Shown: positions 19,876-29,754, numbered from the stretch's first letter. The stretch is DNA of 64,000 nucleotides from Oceanispirochaeta sp. (GCA_963663385.2 CAXXXD010000002.1:704001-768000); one strand, 5' to 3'. Numbers and translations: made by a program. The notes: generated by a model from the letters alone, not told the origin.

Positions 19876-21032
19876 GGCAGTCCGTATACACCCAGGTCGT
19901 CCATAAAAGGATCGGGATCAAACTGTTCCATGTTGAAGACTCCCGTTCCTTTCCATTTCCCTTCCAGGATCATCTTGGCGCCTATCATGGCGGGTACGCC
20001 TGTGGTGTAGCTTATCGCCTGGCTTTGAACCTCCTGAAAGGACTTTTCGTGACTGCAGATGTTATATATGTATTTTTTCAGTGTTTCTCCTTCTCTTTCT
20101 CCCTTGATGATACAGCCTATGCATGTTTTTCCTTTGGTCAGGGGACCCAGACTGCCCGGATCGGGGAGGAGAGATTTGAGAAACTGGAGAGGAATAATCT
20201 CTTTGCCTTCGAAGATCACCGGATCAATCCGGGTCATTCCGACATTCTGCAGAACTTCAAGATGTTTCAGGTAGTTGTCTCCGAAGCTCATCCAGAACTG
20301 GGCCTTTTTCAGGGTCGGGAAATTCAGGGTCAGCGATTCCAGCTCTTCATGGTACATCCTGTAAATATTGTAGGTTCCCACGTTTTCGGGACATGAGAAG
20401 GACTTTTTCCGGCTCATGGCAGTGGTTTTGACAAACTCACCGTCTTCCCAGTGACGGCAGGGTGCTGTTACCTCCCGGATATTGATTTCCGGGTTGAAGT
20501 TGGTAGCGAAGGGCTGTCCGTGATCCCCTCCGTTCACATCTATAATATCCAGCTCATGGATTTCATCAAAATAATGCTTACTCAAATAGGCCGTGAATAC
20601 ATTGGTTACACCAGGGTCGAAACCGCTGCCCAGAAGGGCCATCAGGCCCTTTTCCCTGAAACGGTCCTGATACTCCCACTGCCATCTGTATTCGAATCTG
20701 GCTGTCTCCGGCGGTTCGTAGTTGGCCGTATCCAGGTAGTTTACTCCCGCATTCAGGCAGGCGTCCATTATAGACAGATCCTGATAGGGAAGGGCCACGT
20801 TTATAACAAGGTCGGGTTTGTGTTTTTTTAAAAGCGCCGTCAGCTCATCCACGTTATCCGCATCAACCTGTTCGGTTACAACGGGCATGTCAATCTGGTC
20901 GGCAATGGCGTCGCATTTGCTCTTTGTTCTGCTGGCCAGTACTATTTCACCGAATACTTCGGGAACCTGGGCGCATTTCCGGGTTACTACGGAGCCGACG
21001 CCTCCGGCGCCGATAATCATTACTTTGGACAT
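19848..21032 (-). CDS. Carboxy(nor)spermidine dehydrogenase/synthase (saccharopine dehydrogenase family)
   Basis: IGAGGVG, NVALPYQDL, YLDTANYE, GSGFDPGVTN, FATNFNPEINIRE, QAISYTTGVPA. Located between speA and nspC. Confidence 0.92.
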   Translation of the reverse strand: MSKVMIIGAGGVGSVVTRKCAQVPEVFGEIVLASRTKSKCDAIADQIDMPVVTEQVDADNVDELTALLKKHKPDLVINVALPYQDLSIMDACLNAGVNYLDTANYEPPETARFEYRWQWEYQDRFREKGLMALLGSGFDPGVTNVFTAYLSKHYFDEIHELDIIDVNGGDHGQPFATNFNPEINIREVTAPCRHWEDGEFVKTTAMSRKKSFSCPENVGTYNIYRMYHEELESLTLNFPTLKKAQFWMSFGDNYLKHLEVLQNVGMTRIDPVIFEGKEIIPLQFLKSLLPDPGSLGPLTKGKTCIGCIIKGEREGETLKKYIYNICSHEKSFQEVQSQAISYTTGVPAMIGAKMILEGKWKGTGVFNMEQFDPDPFMDDLGVYGLPWNVITLKD

Positions 21033-21034
21033 AC

Positions 21035-22963
21035 TCAATAATTCTCCCTTTCATAATAGGTATAGCCTCTGAGGCTTTTTTCAAAACATGAAACGATGTT
21101 CTGCCTTTCCCGGGGGCTTATCAGTCCTTCTTTAACAGCTCTTTCCGCTTTCCGCCGGTATTTGTCCAGCAGGTTTTTGGGATCGTACTCCACATAGCTC
21201 AGAACATCGGCAACAGAATCGCCCTCCAGCTCGCGTGTAATTTCAAATGATAAATCCTCTTTCACACGGATACTCACCACATTGGTGTCCCCGAACAGGT
21301 TGTGGAGGTCTCCCAGGGTTTCCTGATAGGCTCCAACCAGGAAAAATCCCAGGTAATAATCCTCGTCGGTTTCGATTTCATGTACAGGCAGGGTCTTTTC
21401 AAGTTCTTTCAAACTGATGAATTTGTTGATCTGACCATCGCAGTCGCAGGTAATATCCGCCAGTATCGCCCGTCTGGTGGGAGCTTCGGAAAGACGGGAA
21501 AGGGGCATGACCGGGAATATCTGATCGATAGCCCACACATCGGGGAGCGACTGAAACAGGCTGAAGTTGGCGTAGTAGATATCCGCCAGGTTCTCATCGA
21601 TATTTTCCAGTCCCGGCGGGAGTTTCTTCATCCTGTTCATCTGTCCCTGGATGCGGTGGATGATAGTGAGATAGATATTCTCGCACAGTGAACGCTGCCG
21701 CAGTGTGACCTGACCGTATTTGAACAGCTGATGCATCTGGTCCCGGTAGAACAGGGCATCATTGAAACATTCCTGAAGGTTCTTGCTGTTCATGTCAGTC
21801 AGAATCGCCATCATATTATGGATCAGTTCAGGAGAATCCTCCGGAAGAGTCTCTGGAAGCGGGGTGGCTTCGAAACTGGTCACGTCAAGTATGTTTACCA
21901 GGAGAACCGAGTAGTAAGCGACAGTCGCCCTGCCCGACTCGGACATCAGAATAGGATGGGGGATCTCTTCCTCGGTGAACACCGACATGAGAACTTCCAC
22001 AATATCGTTTGCATACTCGTCCAGGGTATAGTTGCGGCTGTGCATGTAATTAGTCTGTGAGCCGTCATAGTCCACAGCCAGTCCGCCTCCCAGATCAAAG
22101 TACCCCATGGTTGCCCCTTCGGCTATAAGGCCTCCGTACAGGCGCGCCGCCTCCAGAATGGACTGTCTGATGTCCCGGATATTCGGTACCTGCGAACCCA
22201 GATGGAAATGCAGAAGCTTCAGGTAGGACAGTTTTCCCTGTTCTTTCAGCTGGTCAACAATCTGGATAATCTGGGTGCTTGTCAGACCGAAAAGGCTTCG
22301 GTCTCCTCCGGATTCGCTCCAGTGTCCTCCCGCCCGGGCGGATACTTTGAATCTCACTCCAAGAAGAGGGGCTACCTGAAGAGCTTCGGCCCGCCGAAGG
22401 ATTAAATTCAGTTCTCCGGGCATTTCGAGAACCAGGAAAACCTTGTATCCCATTCGAGTCGCCTGCAGCGCCAGGTCGACGAACTCTTCATCCTTGTAGC
22501 CATTGCAGACAAGGCAGGACTCCCTGTCTTCCATAATTGCCAGCGCGGCTATTAACTCCGCCTTGCTTCCCGCTTCCAGCCCATGGTGATAACGGGCGCC
22601 GAAACGGGTAATTTCCTGGAGAACCTGCTCCTGCTGGTTGACCTTGATAGGGAAAATCCCTCTGTATTCGTTCTGATATTTCTGTTCTTTGATCGCTTTT
22701 CTGAATGATTCATTCAGAAGGGTTATCCGTGAATCCAGAAAGTTCTCTATTCGCAGAAGGACAGGAAGATTCATTCCCCGTTCTGTAATCCCCGAAATTA
22801 TTTCCTTGAATGGTATTGTGATTTTCGTACCATTCACAGTTGTCTTAATACATAATTCCCCTTCGTCATTGATCCCGTAATAACCGTCACCCCATTCGTG
22901 GATACCGTAAAGGTCAGAAGATTTATGCCGATTCCAGCTATTCCAGACGTCTTTTCCTGTCAA
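21035..22963 (-). CDS. speA: Biosynthetic arginine decarboxylase
   Basis: FPIKVNQ, GLEAGSKAEL, HFHLGSQ, DLGGGLAVDYDG, NFSLFQSLPDVWAIDQ, DITCDCDG, GAYQETLGDLHNLFGD. Confidence 0.96.
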   Translation of the reverse strand: MTGKDVWNSWNRHKSSDLYGIHEWGDGYYGINDEGELCIKTTVNGTKITIPFKEIISGITERGMNLPVLLRIENFLDSRITLLNESFRKAIKEQKYQNEYRGIFPIKVNQQEQVLQEITRFGARYHHGLEAGSKAELIAALAIMEDRESCLVCNGYKDEEFVDLALQATRMGYKVFLVLEMPGELNLILRRAEALQVAPLLGVRFKVSARAGGHWSESGGDRSLFGLTSTQIIQIVDQLKEQGKLSYLKLLHFHLGSQVPNIRDIRQSILEAARLYGGLIAEGATMGYFDLGGGLAVDYDGSQTNYMHSRNYTLDEYANDIVEVLMSVFTEEEIPHPILMSESGRATVAYYSVLLVNILDVTSFEATPLPETLPEDSPELIHNMMAILTDMNSKNLQECFNDALFYRDQMHQLFKYGQVTLRQRSLCENIYLTIIHRIQGQMNRMKKLPPGLENIDENLADIYYANFSLFQSLPDVWAIDQIFPVMPLSRLSEAPTRRAILADITCDCDGQINKFISLKELEKTLPVHEIETDEDYYLGFFLVGAYQETLGDLHNLFGDTNVVSIRVKEDLSFEITRELEGDSVADVLSYVEYDPKNLLDKYRRKAERAVKEGLISPRERQNIVSCFEKSLRGYTYYERENY

Positions 22964-23289
22964 TAGACAACCCTCCCCGTGTTATAGATATTCATCATAA
23001 AACAGAAAATTAAACATCGTAATATTTCGTATATATTTTATGAGAAGTCAATGTCATTTCAGTAATTATTGAAAAAAAACAGCCCGTTCCATCCTCTATC
23101 GGACTTTTTCCAGTGATTATCCAGTGGCAACCGATGGAACCATAGTTACAGAAGACGTCGGTACCCCCCTATTATTTCCTGTATAAATATCTTCGATTGG
23201 TTAAATATTTATCTTTTTCGTTTTACTTTTTACCGTAAAATCCAATATTCCTATATATATAGAGGTTTCAAATCCGGTAGGGCCGGGAA

Positions 23290-23807
23290 ATAAGGAATTG
23301 CCAATTTCAATCTTCCCGTAGTGGATGAATAAAAGTACTTAATACGGGTGCCGAATTCTCTATAGGCAATAGAGCCGCGGAGAATCGGGAGCCATAGGAG
23401 TGCAGTTTTTTGATAATGGAACGGACGCCCTGATCTATCTGGAGAAGAGTGGGCCCCCGGATATACTTATTACCGATATGCTGATGCCGGAAATCAATGG
23501 ATTGAAGATACGGGGAATATTAAATATCAGTCATACATATGGAGGCAACTGTTTATTATTGAACCAATGGGAAATCCCCGTTCCCTATATTGAGGCGGCC
23601 TTACATTACCGGGATCCCTCAATATATGACGGTGAAAACCGGGGAATTGTGAACACCCATCCTATCGGCTCACACATCGCCCGGCGCAGGCTGAATCAGG
23701 AAATTTTCAATTACCCGCTGCAGATGAATGGGGTGAAAGCAATCGACTGTAATTCAGAAGACATTGAGGGACTGATTCGCAGCACCTGTACTGACCCGGT
23801 GGCCTAG
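23290..23807 (+). pseudogene. Remnant of a REC-HDOD response regulator
   Basis: REC fragment (NGTDALIYLEKSGPPDILITDMLMPEING) joined directly to an HDOD-like tail (SHTYGG..LL..WEIP..YIEAALH..P). Upstream V-V-D-E-stop relic. Confidence 0.5.
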
Positions 23808-23819
23808 TACTGTCAGCTT

Positions 23820-24164
23820 TTATATGGTGTTTTTCAACAGGTTATCGTATGAAAACTTCGCCATTTTATAACGCCATCTGGTAAAGGGGTTCCGGGTTCC
23901 CTTAATGATAATTTCAATATTTGTAATATTAAGTTTGAGCACGCACTTCTGTACGCTTGGTTTGAGATTCTTGAAAGCCCTGCTTCCGGGGGCCTGGCCC
24001 GTTTGTAAAAATGCAGTAAGAGCTTTTCTGTCGGAGCCTGATAAAAGCTTGAGCATTTTCTTGAGTCTTTTTTCCTGTTTGGTTTGTATCTCTTTTTGTA
24101 TCTCCGGTTTCAGTTTCAAAGGTTCACTCTCCAGGTAAGGATGTTTTTTATTTAATTCAAGCAA
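23820..24164 (-). CDS. Hypothetical basic protein
   Basis: 114-aa Lys-rich ORF with no recognised motif. Start uncertain. Confidence 0.5.
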   Translation of the reverse strand: MLELNKKHPYLESEPLKLKPEIQKEIQTKQEKRLKKMLKLLSGSDRKALTAFLQTGQAPGSRAFKNLKPSVQKCVLKLNITNIEIIIKGTRNPFTRWRYKMAKFSYDNLLKNTI

Positions 24165-24377
24165 AGATTCTACAACATAATGGAAGAAAAGAGAAAGACG
24201 GAACCAAAAAAAGCTTGCATAGATTGTTGAAAACAGCGGTTAATATTTTATCCCTGTCATTATGGGATTATTTCTTTTTTATCATCTGCCAGAGGGCTTT
24301 TATAGACTTACTGGAAATCGACTTGCTTACATTGGGCAGTCCCTGAACATCATTGATTATTCCGAGCTTCCCGTTTT

Positions 24378-25304
24378 TCAGTTTGCTCCTGTATGAACCT
24401 TCAATCCTGCCAACCGGCCTATCTCAGCCCATTCTTCGCATACTGATTCATCCAGATTGGGAACAGATCCCATGGCATATTCCATTCCCAGTCCTTCATA
24501 TTTGCCAAGTCCCAAACGGTGAAAGGCAAGGAGCTCCACTTGCTGTGCCGCCGTCTGCTCCTTGATGAACCGGAACATAGCCGAAATATCTTCCCTGCTG
24601 CTGTTTACATCAGGGATAACTGGTATCCGAATGATCAGATTTTTATGGTGTCGGGAAAGCCACTTTAAATTTTCCTGTATCTGTTCAGGGTAAACCCCGA
24701 TATTGGCATAATGCCTGTCCCGATCAATATGTTTAAGGTCAAAATAAATAAGATCTATCAGTTCTGAAACCGATTTCAATACAGAAAGGGAGACCAATCC
24801 TGCTGTTTCTAAAGTTGTATGAATCCCTTCTTCCCGGCACATCCGGGCCAGTTCCATAATAAAATCACTCTGAAGCAGCGGTTCCCCTCCGGAAAATGTA
24901 ACCCCGCCCCCTGAATTCCGGTAGAAAGAGTTGTCCCGGCGGATCTGTATCATTACTTCTTCTGCAGAGAGGGCGTTACCGATCAACCGTCTGGCATCAG
25001 AAAAGCAGACCTCTGAGCATTTCCCGCAGGCAGTACATTTATTATGATCAGTAATCAGGCCGAATACCGGATCTTCAGATATAGCTTTTTGAGGGCATAT
25101 TTCCAGGCAGCGGCTGCAGCCAATGCATTTGTTGCGAAAGTACATGATTTGAGGGGCTGTTTTCTGTGACTCGGGATTTTGACACCACAGGCAGCGAAGA
25201 TTGCAACCTTTAAAAAAAATAACGGTTCGGATTCCCGGGCCGTCTTTGGTGGCATAGCGTTCTATATCAAATATGGTTGCTTTATTTACTGTTTTTGCGG
25301 ACAT
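24378..25304 (-). CDS. Glycyl-radical enzyme activating protein (radical SAM with ferredoxin-like insert)
   Basis: DGPGIRTVIFFKGCNLRCLWCQNPE (CxxxCxxC), two CxxCxxCxxxC motifs, GGVTFSGGEP, FHRLGLGKY. Confidence 0.95.
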   Translation of the reverse strand: MSAKTVNKATIFDIERYATKDGPGIRTVIFFKGCNLRCLWCQNPESQKTAPQIMYFRNKCIGCSRCLEICPQKAISEDPVFGLITDHNKCTACGKCSEVCFSDARRLIGNALSAEEVMIQIRRDNSFYRNSGGGVTFSGGEPLLQSDFIMELARMCREEGIHTTLETAGLVSLSVLKSVSELIDLIYFDLKHIDRDRHYANIGVYPEQIQENLKWLSRHHKNLIIRIPVIPDVNSSREDISAMFRFIKEQTAAQQVELLAFHRLGLGKYEGLGMEYAMGSVPNLDESVCEEWAEIGRLAGLKVHTGAN

Positions 25305-26302
25305 TTGATGCAGGTCTCTCCAATCTTCAGTTTAGTCGGAATAATCACGCGTTCCGGATCTGTATGCGTCTCCGTGTTGTTTAATTTGTTAAGCATGATC
25401 TCGAAGGACTTCTCGCAAAGTTCATCAAGATTCTGTTGGACAGCTGTGAGCTCTGATGAAAAGCGGCTGTATAAGGGGATGTCGTCGAAACCTACGAGTG
25501 AAATGTCTCCAGGAATGGAAATCCCCATGGTTTTTGCCTTTGTAAGGACTCCGAATGCCATCTGATCATTTGCGCAGAATATGGCCGTCGGCCAGTTGGG
25601 GAGGCTTAAGAAATATTCAAAAGCGGCAATACCGGATTCAAAGCGTAAATTCCCCTGGTATAGAAAGTCCTGATTCAGGGGAATTCCGTATTTTTCCAAT
25701 GTGTCTTTATATCCCCTGTAACGATCCTCTGCAGAAGTCCATCCTTGAGGACCGCCAATAAAACCGATTTTTCTGTGCTGTAGCTGGATTAAATATTCGG
25801 TGGCCTGGCACCCCCCCCGGTAGTTATCACTAGTCACTTCCGAGATAATCCCTTTCTTGAAATGGCGGTCTATCATTACTGTCTGGGTTGACTTTGAAGC
25901 TCTTTCTATGGTTGCAGCCGATATCCCTTCTGTAAAAATAATGCCCCCTATTTTATTTTCAAGAAGGTAATCCAGATATACCTGTTCTTTCTCTGTATTA
26001 TTTTCTGTATCGCAAACAGTAAGGGGAATGCGCTGCTCCATGGCTTTGTGTCCGATTTTACGGACAATCTGGGCAAAAAACGGATTCAGGATATCAAATA
26101 CAAACAGGGCAAGACCCCATTGGGATTTTGAACTCAACCGTGAGGCGAACGGATTTGGTTTATATCCAACCTCGTCCATCTTATTGAGGATCTGAAGGCG
26201 TAACGGTTCTGCTACCAGTTCCGGATGATTCAGTACTCTGGATACAGTCGTGGGAGAGGTATTGCAGATTTCTGCTATCTTCTTGATGTTATATTTACTC
26301 AT
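25286..26302 (-). CDS. LacI family transcriptional regulator
   Basis: NIKKIAEICNTSPTTVSRVLN HTH, YKPN, NPFF, DNYRGG, FCANDQMAFG, SLVGFDDI. Confidence 0.95.
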   Translation of the reverse strand: MSKYNIKKIAEICNTSPTTVSRVLNHPELVAEPLRLQILNKMDEVGYKPNPFASRLSSKSQWGLALFVFDILNPFFAQIVRKIGHKAMEQRIPLTVCDTENNTEKEQVYLDYLLENKIGGIIFTEGISAATIERASKSTQTVMIDRHFKKGIISEVTSDNYRGGCQATEYLIQLQHRKIGFIGGPQGWTSAEDRYRGYKDTLEKYGIPLNQDFLYQGNLRFESGIAAFEYFLSLPNWPTAIFCANDQMAFGVLTKAKTMGISIPGDISLVGFDDIPLYSRFSSELTAVQQNLDELCEKSFEIMLNKLNNTETHTDPERVIIPTKLKIGETCIKCPQKQ

Positions 26303-26306
26303 TGTT

Positions 26307-26358
26307 ATGAAACCCTTTTCATTTGTAAAATCTTACAATCAGAATTCCGAATTGTCAA
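26307..26358 (-). promoter_or_regulatory. lacI-activase promoter and LacI-type operator
   Basis: Minus strand: TTGACA (26358-26353), N17, TAAGAT (26335-26330), then ATGAAAAGGGTTTCAT (26322-26307). Confidence 0.65.
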
Positions 26359-26425
26359 TATTGTAGAAATCTGAAATATAGTAGGAATTTATGGGTTATT
26401 CTTCATTTGAACTCATAAAATTAAT

Positions 26426-26482
26426 TTGTCAAGTAAAATAATCCATGGTAGAATCAAATTAAATGAATGAAAACGGTTTCAT
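26426..26482 (+). promoter_or_regulatory. GRE promoter and LacI-type operator
   Basis: TTGTCA-N17-TAGAAT with extended -10 TG, then ATGAAAACGGTTTCAT (26467-26482), one mismatch from the operator at 26307. Confidence 0.7.
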
Positions 26483-26497
26483 AAAACGGAGGTTAAA

Positions 26498-28918
26498 ATG
26501 ACTGAACGAATTCAAAAACTTAGAAACGGTCTGTTTGAGAGTATTCCGGCCATATGTCCGGAACGTGCAGTTCTGTTCACCGAATCCATGAAAAAAACAG
26601 AAGGACAGCCGATTGTCAAAAGACGGGCAGAAGCTTTCTATCAGGTCCTTGATCATATGACCATATTTGTCCGGGATGGAGAACTCCTTGTGGGAAATCA
26701 AGCCAGTTCTGTTCATGCCGCACCGGTCTTCCCTGAATACTCTACCGACTGGATTGTAAGTGAATTTAATGGCATGCCGTATCATTTCTCTGAACGTCCC
26801 TGCGACCAATTCTCCTGGACGGAGGAAGCAAAAGATCAAATACTGAATACGATTGCCTACTGGGAGGATAAATCCCTGATCCGGTTAGTTTGGAGTCAAC
26901 TGCCGGAATCAGCAAAAAAGGCCTGGGAAATTAATGCCATAGATGATACCTGGTGTGCTGCCGCAGGGCTTGGTAATATTCTGCCGGATCATGAAATGGT
27001 TTTAAAGGAAGGGTTGAACGGCGTTATTGCCAGAGCGCAGACCCGGCTGGACAGCCTTGATTTAACAGAACCCGATGCCATAAAACAACAATGGTTTCTT
27101 CAGGCTGTTGTCAAGAGTAATGAGGCCGTTCTCCGCTTCGCTGCCCGATTTGCCGATGAACTCGACCGGCTGGCGTCTGAAGAAACAGATACCAGCCGCA
27201 GAGAGGAACTTAAGGTCATGGCTGATAACTGCCGCCGTGTACCTGGCGAACCGGCAGAGACATTCTGGCAGGCTATACAAACAGTCTGGTTTATACAGCT
27301 TGTCCTTCAGATAGAGACTAACGGGCATGCCATCTCTTTAGGCCGATTTGACCAATACCTCTGGCCTTATCTGGAAGCTGATCTGAAATCCGGTATTCTT
27401 TCTGAAGAATTTGCCCTGGAACTGATTGAATCTTTTTTTGTAAAGGCGAATGAAATCAATAAATTGAGATCCTGGCCGGATAGTGAGTTTTTTCCAGGTT
27501 ATCATCTGGCCGAGAACCTGGCTATCGGGGGACAGACAAAGGATGGTTTGGATGCGGTAAATAAACTGAGCGAACTTGTTCTGAAGTCAACGGCGGAGAT
27601 GGGTTTGACAAAACCGTCGGTTTCTGTGAAATGGTTTGAGGGAACAGGGGACAGATTTATGCATCAAGCCCTGGAGACAATTCAGACTCATCAGGGAGGG
27701 CAGCCTGCTCTTTATAATGATATCTGTGTTATGAATATCCTGCGGAATATGGGAATCCATGAGGAGGATCTGTATAACTGGGCTCCGGTGGGATGTATTG
27801 AATCTTCCATCCCCGGAAAATGGGATTTTGCCGCTAAGGGCTCCTGGCTGAATCTTGGTAAAATATTTGAAATTACTATAAATAACGGTATCGATCCGGC
27901 CACAGGGGTACAGCTTCTGCCGGGAGATGGTACGCTTGAAACCTTTTCAAGCGCGGATGACATTTTGAAGGCCTATAAAAAACAGTTGTATTTTTACATG
28001 CAGCAGCAGGTTATTGTTGAGCATATTAGCGATGAGATGCACATTCTTCATGATCAGAATGCCTTCCGTTCTTCTCTGGTACATGACTGTATTAAAAGGG
28101 GAAAGTCCCTGATTGAGGGCGGAGCTGTATATACCGCCGACGGCGGACCTACAGCTGGCGCCATGACTGTGGGAGATTCCATCGCAGCCATCGACTGGGC
28201 TGTTTTCGATAAAAAACTGTTTACAGCCGAGCAGCTGGTTCATGCCTTAAAAACAAATTTTGAAGACCAGAGTACATCCCCAACGGGTAATGAGATCCGG
28301 TTGACTCTTATAAACAAGGTTCCGAAATTTGGAAATGATGATGACTACGCGGATAGGTGGACTGTTGCTATCGATGATTTTCTGGGGGAAACCTATTTTA
28401 CCAAATTTAAAAGCTCCCGATATGGAAAGGGGCCTGTTCCTGCTACGTTTGCCTTAAGTCAGAGCTCTGTTACCGGAAATATCGCTTTTGGTAAATCCGT
28501 GGGTGCCCTGCCAAACGGGCGTAAAGCCGGAACTGCAACAAATAACGGAGTTTCTCCCTCTAATGGAATGGAGCAGAATGGCCCAACTGCGTTAATCAAT
28601 TCAGAAGCCAAACTCCCCAGCAAATGGTTCCAGAAAGGATCTCTGTTTAATATGCGTTTATCTGCCGACAGTCTGCTGACAGAAGCGGGCCGGGACCGAA
28701 TTCTGGCTTTGGTGAAAACTCACTTCCTTAACAATCAGTACCATGTACAGTTTAATGTCGTTGATGATGAGACCTTAATTGATGCACAGGAGCATCCCGA
28801 GGAATACAGAGACCTGATGGTTAGAATTGCCGGTTACAGTGCTTTCTTTACTCCATTGAATAAAGAACTGCAGGACGATGTCATAGAAAGGATGCGATTT
28901 GAAGTGAATAAGAGTTGA
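26498..28918 (+). CDS. Glycyl radical enzyme (PFL-like superfamily, eliminase/isomerase type, substrate unknown)
   Basis: Gly loop LMVRIAGYSAFF (G779), single-Cys loop VGCIES (C433, E435), SLGRFDQYL, VPKFGNDDDYAD, HVQFNVVD. Adjacent activase. Confidence 0.93.
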   Translation: MTERIQKLRNGLFESIPAICPERAVLFTESMKKTEGQPIVKRRAEAFYQVLDHMTIFVRDGELLVGNQASSVHAAPVFPEYSTDWIVSEFNGMPYHFSERPCDQFSWTEEAKDQILNTIAYWEDKSLIRLVWSQLPESAKKAWEINAIDDTWCAAAGLGNILPDHEMVLKEGLNGVIARAQTRLDSLDLTEPDAIKQQWFLQAVVKSNEAVLRFAARFADELDRLASEETDTSRREELKVMADNCRRVPGEPAETFWQAIQTVWFIQLVLQIETNGHAISLGRFDQYLWPYLEADLKSGILSEEFALELIESFFVKANEINKLRSWPDSEFFPGYHLAENLAIGGQTKDGLDAVNKLSELVLKSTAEMGLTKPSVSVKWFEGTGDRFMHQALETIQTHQGGQPALYNDICVMNILRNMGIHEEDLYNWAPVGCIESSIPGKWDFAAKGSWLNLGKIFEITINNGIDPATGVQLLPGDGTLETFSSADDILKAYKKQLYFYMQQQVIVEHISDEMHILHDQNAFRSSLVHDCIKRGKSLIEGGAVYTADGGPTAGAMTVGDSIAAIDWAVFDKKLFTAEQLVHALKTNFEDQSTSPTGNEIRLTLINKVPKFGNDDDYADRWTVAIDDFLGETYFTKFKSSRYGKGPVPATFALSQSSVTGNIAFGKSVGALPNGRKAGTATNNGVSPSNGMEQNGPTALINSEAKLPSKWFQKGSLFNMRLSADSLLTEAGRDRILALVKTHFLNNQYHVQFNVVDDETLIDAQEHPEEYRDLMVRIAGYSAFFTPLNKELQDDVIERMRFEVNKS

Positions 28919-28932
28919 TTCTCGATAAAAGT

Positions 28933-28972
28933 AAAGAACAATCCTTGTGGTAACAGCTGAGGGTTGTTCTTT
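28933..28972. terminator. Probable bidirectional terminator between convergent GRE and DeoR genes
   Basis: aaagaacaatcct...agggttgttcttt. Confidence 0.6.
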
Positions 28973-28989
28973 GCAGTTTTTATATTCAA

Positions 28990-29754
28990 TCAGACAATGT
29001 AAAACTCAAGATTCATTTTTCTGATGATATCTACCTCTTCTTCAGAAATATTCGAATCAGTGATGGCGATGTCAAAATCCTCAAGATTTGAAAAATAGTT
29101 TGTATAGACTTCGCCGAATTTGGTTGAATCGGAGATGATAATCTTGGTCTGGCTTGATGCTATGGCCAACTGTTTTGTTTTGCACTCAAAAGGATTGGAA
29201 CAGGTTATTCCCAACTCGGTACTGATCCCCTTGGCTGTTATAAATGCTTTATTGGCACGGTTATGACGTAAAAGTTCCAATCCTTCTGAGCTTTCAAATA
29301 CCATGGAACTCGAATGGTAGTATCCTCCAGCGAGAATCAGTTTGCAATTTGGTTTTTTACTGATTTCACTTGCAATGTTCAGAGCAAAGCAAATAACTGT
29401 CAGAGGAATATCTGCGGGTATGAAGGAGGCAAGTATTTCACCGGTTGATCCGGCATCTATAAAAATTATGTCATTAGGTTCAATCAGGGATACCGCTTTT
29501 TTAGCGATTCTTCTTTTTTCCTGAATCATTGATATCCTGGCATTGTTCATGGAATAAACGTTTTCCTGCTTACTTTCCAGGAACATCACACCGCCATGGA
29601 TGATTTTTATCGGTTCCGATTTTGCCAGCAGTTCCAAGTCCCGTCTTATTGTCATATGGGACACAGAGAAAGCCTTCGCCAGTTCTAATATGGTCGCAGA
29701 CATATTGCTTTGTAAGTATTTGAGTATTAATTCTTTACGTTCACTACTATTCAT
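28990..29754 (-). CDS. DeoR/GlpR family regulator (copy 1)
   Basis: VSHMTIRRDL HTH, IFIDAGST, DSTKFG. Confidence 0.93.
   Translation of the reverse strand: MNSSERKELILKYLQSNMSATILELAKAFSVSHMTIRRDLELLAKSEPIKIIHGGVMFLESKQENVYSMNNARISMIQEKRRIAKKAVSLIEPNDIIFIDAGSTGEILASFIPADIPLTVICFALNIASEISKKPNCKLILAGGYYHSSSMVFESSEGLELLRHNRANKAFITAKGISTELGITCSNPFECKTKQLAIASSQTKIIISDSTKFGEVYTNYFSNLEDFDIAITDSNISEEEVDIIRKMNLEFYIV

Noticed and set aside
26498..28918. Calling the GRE pyruvate formate-lyase (pflB) or a propanediol/glycerol dehydratase
   Set aside because: No Cys-Cys pair. Residues at the recalled H164, S282, D447 and Y640 positions differ. No microcompartment shell or aldehyde/alcohol dehydrogenase genes in the window.
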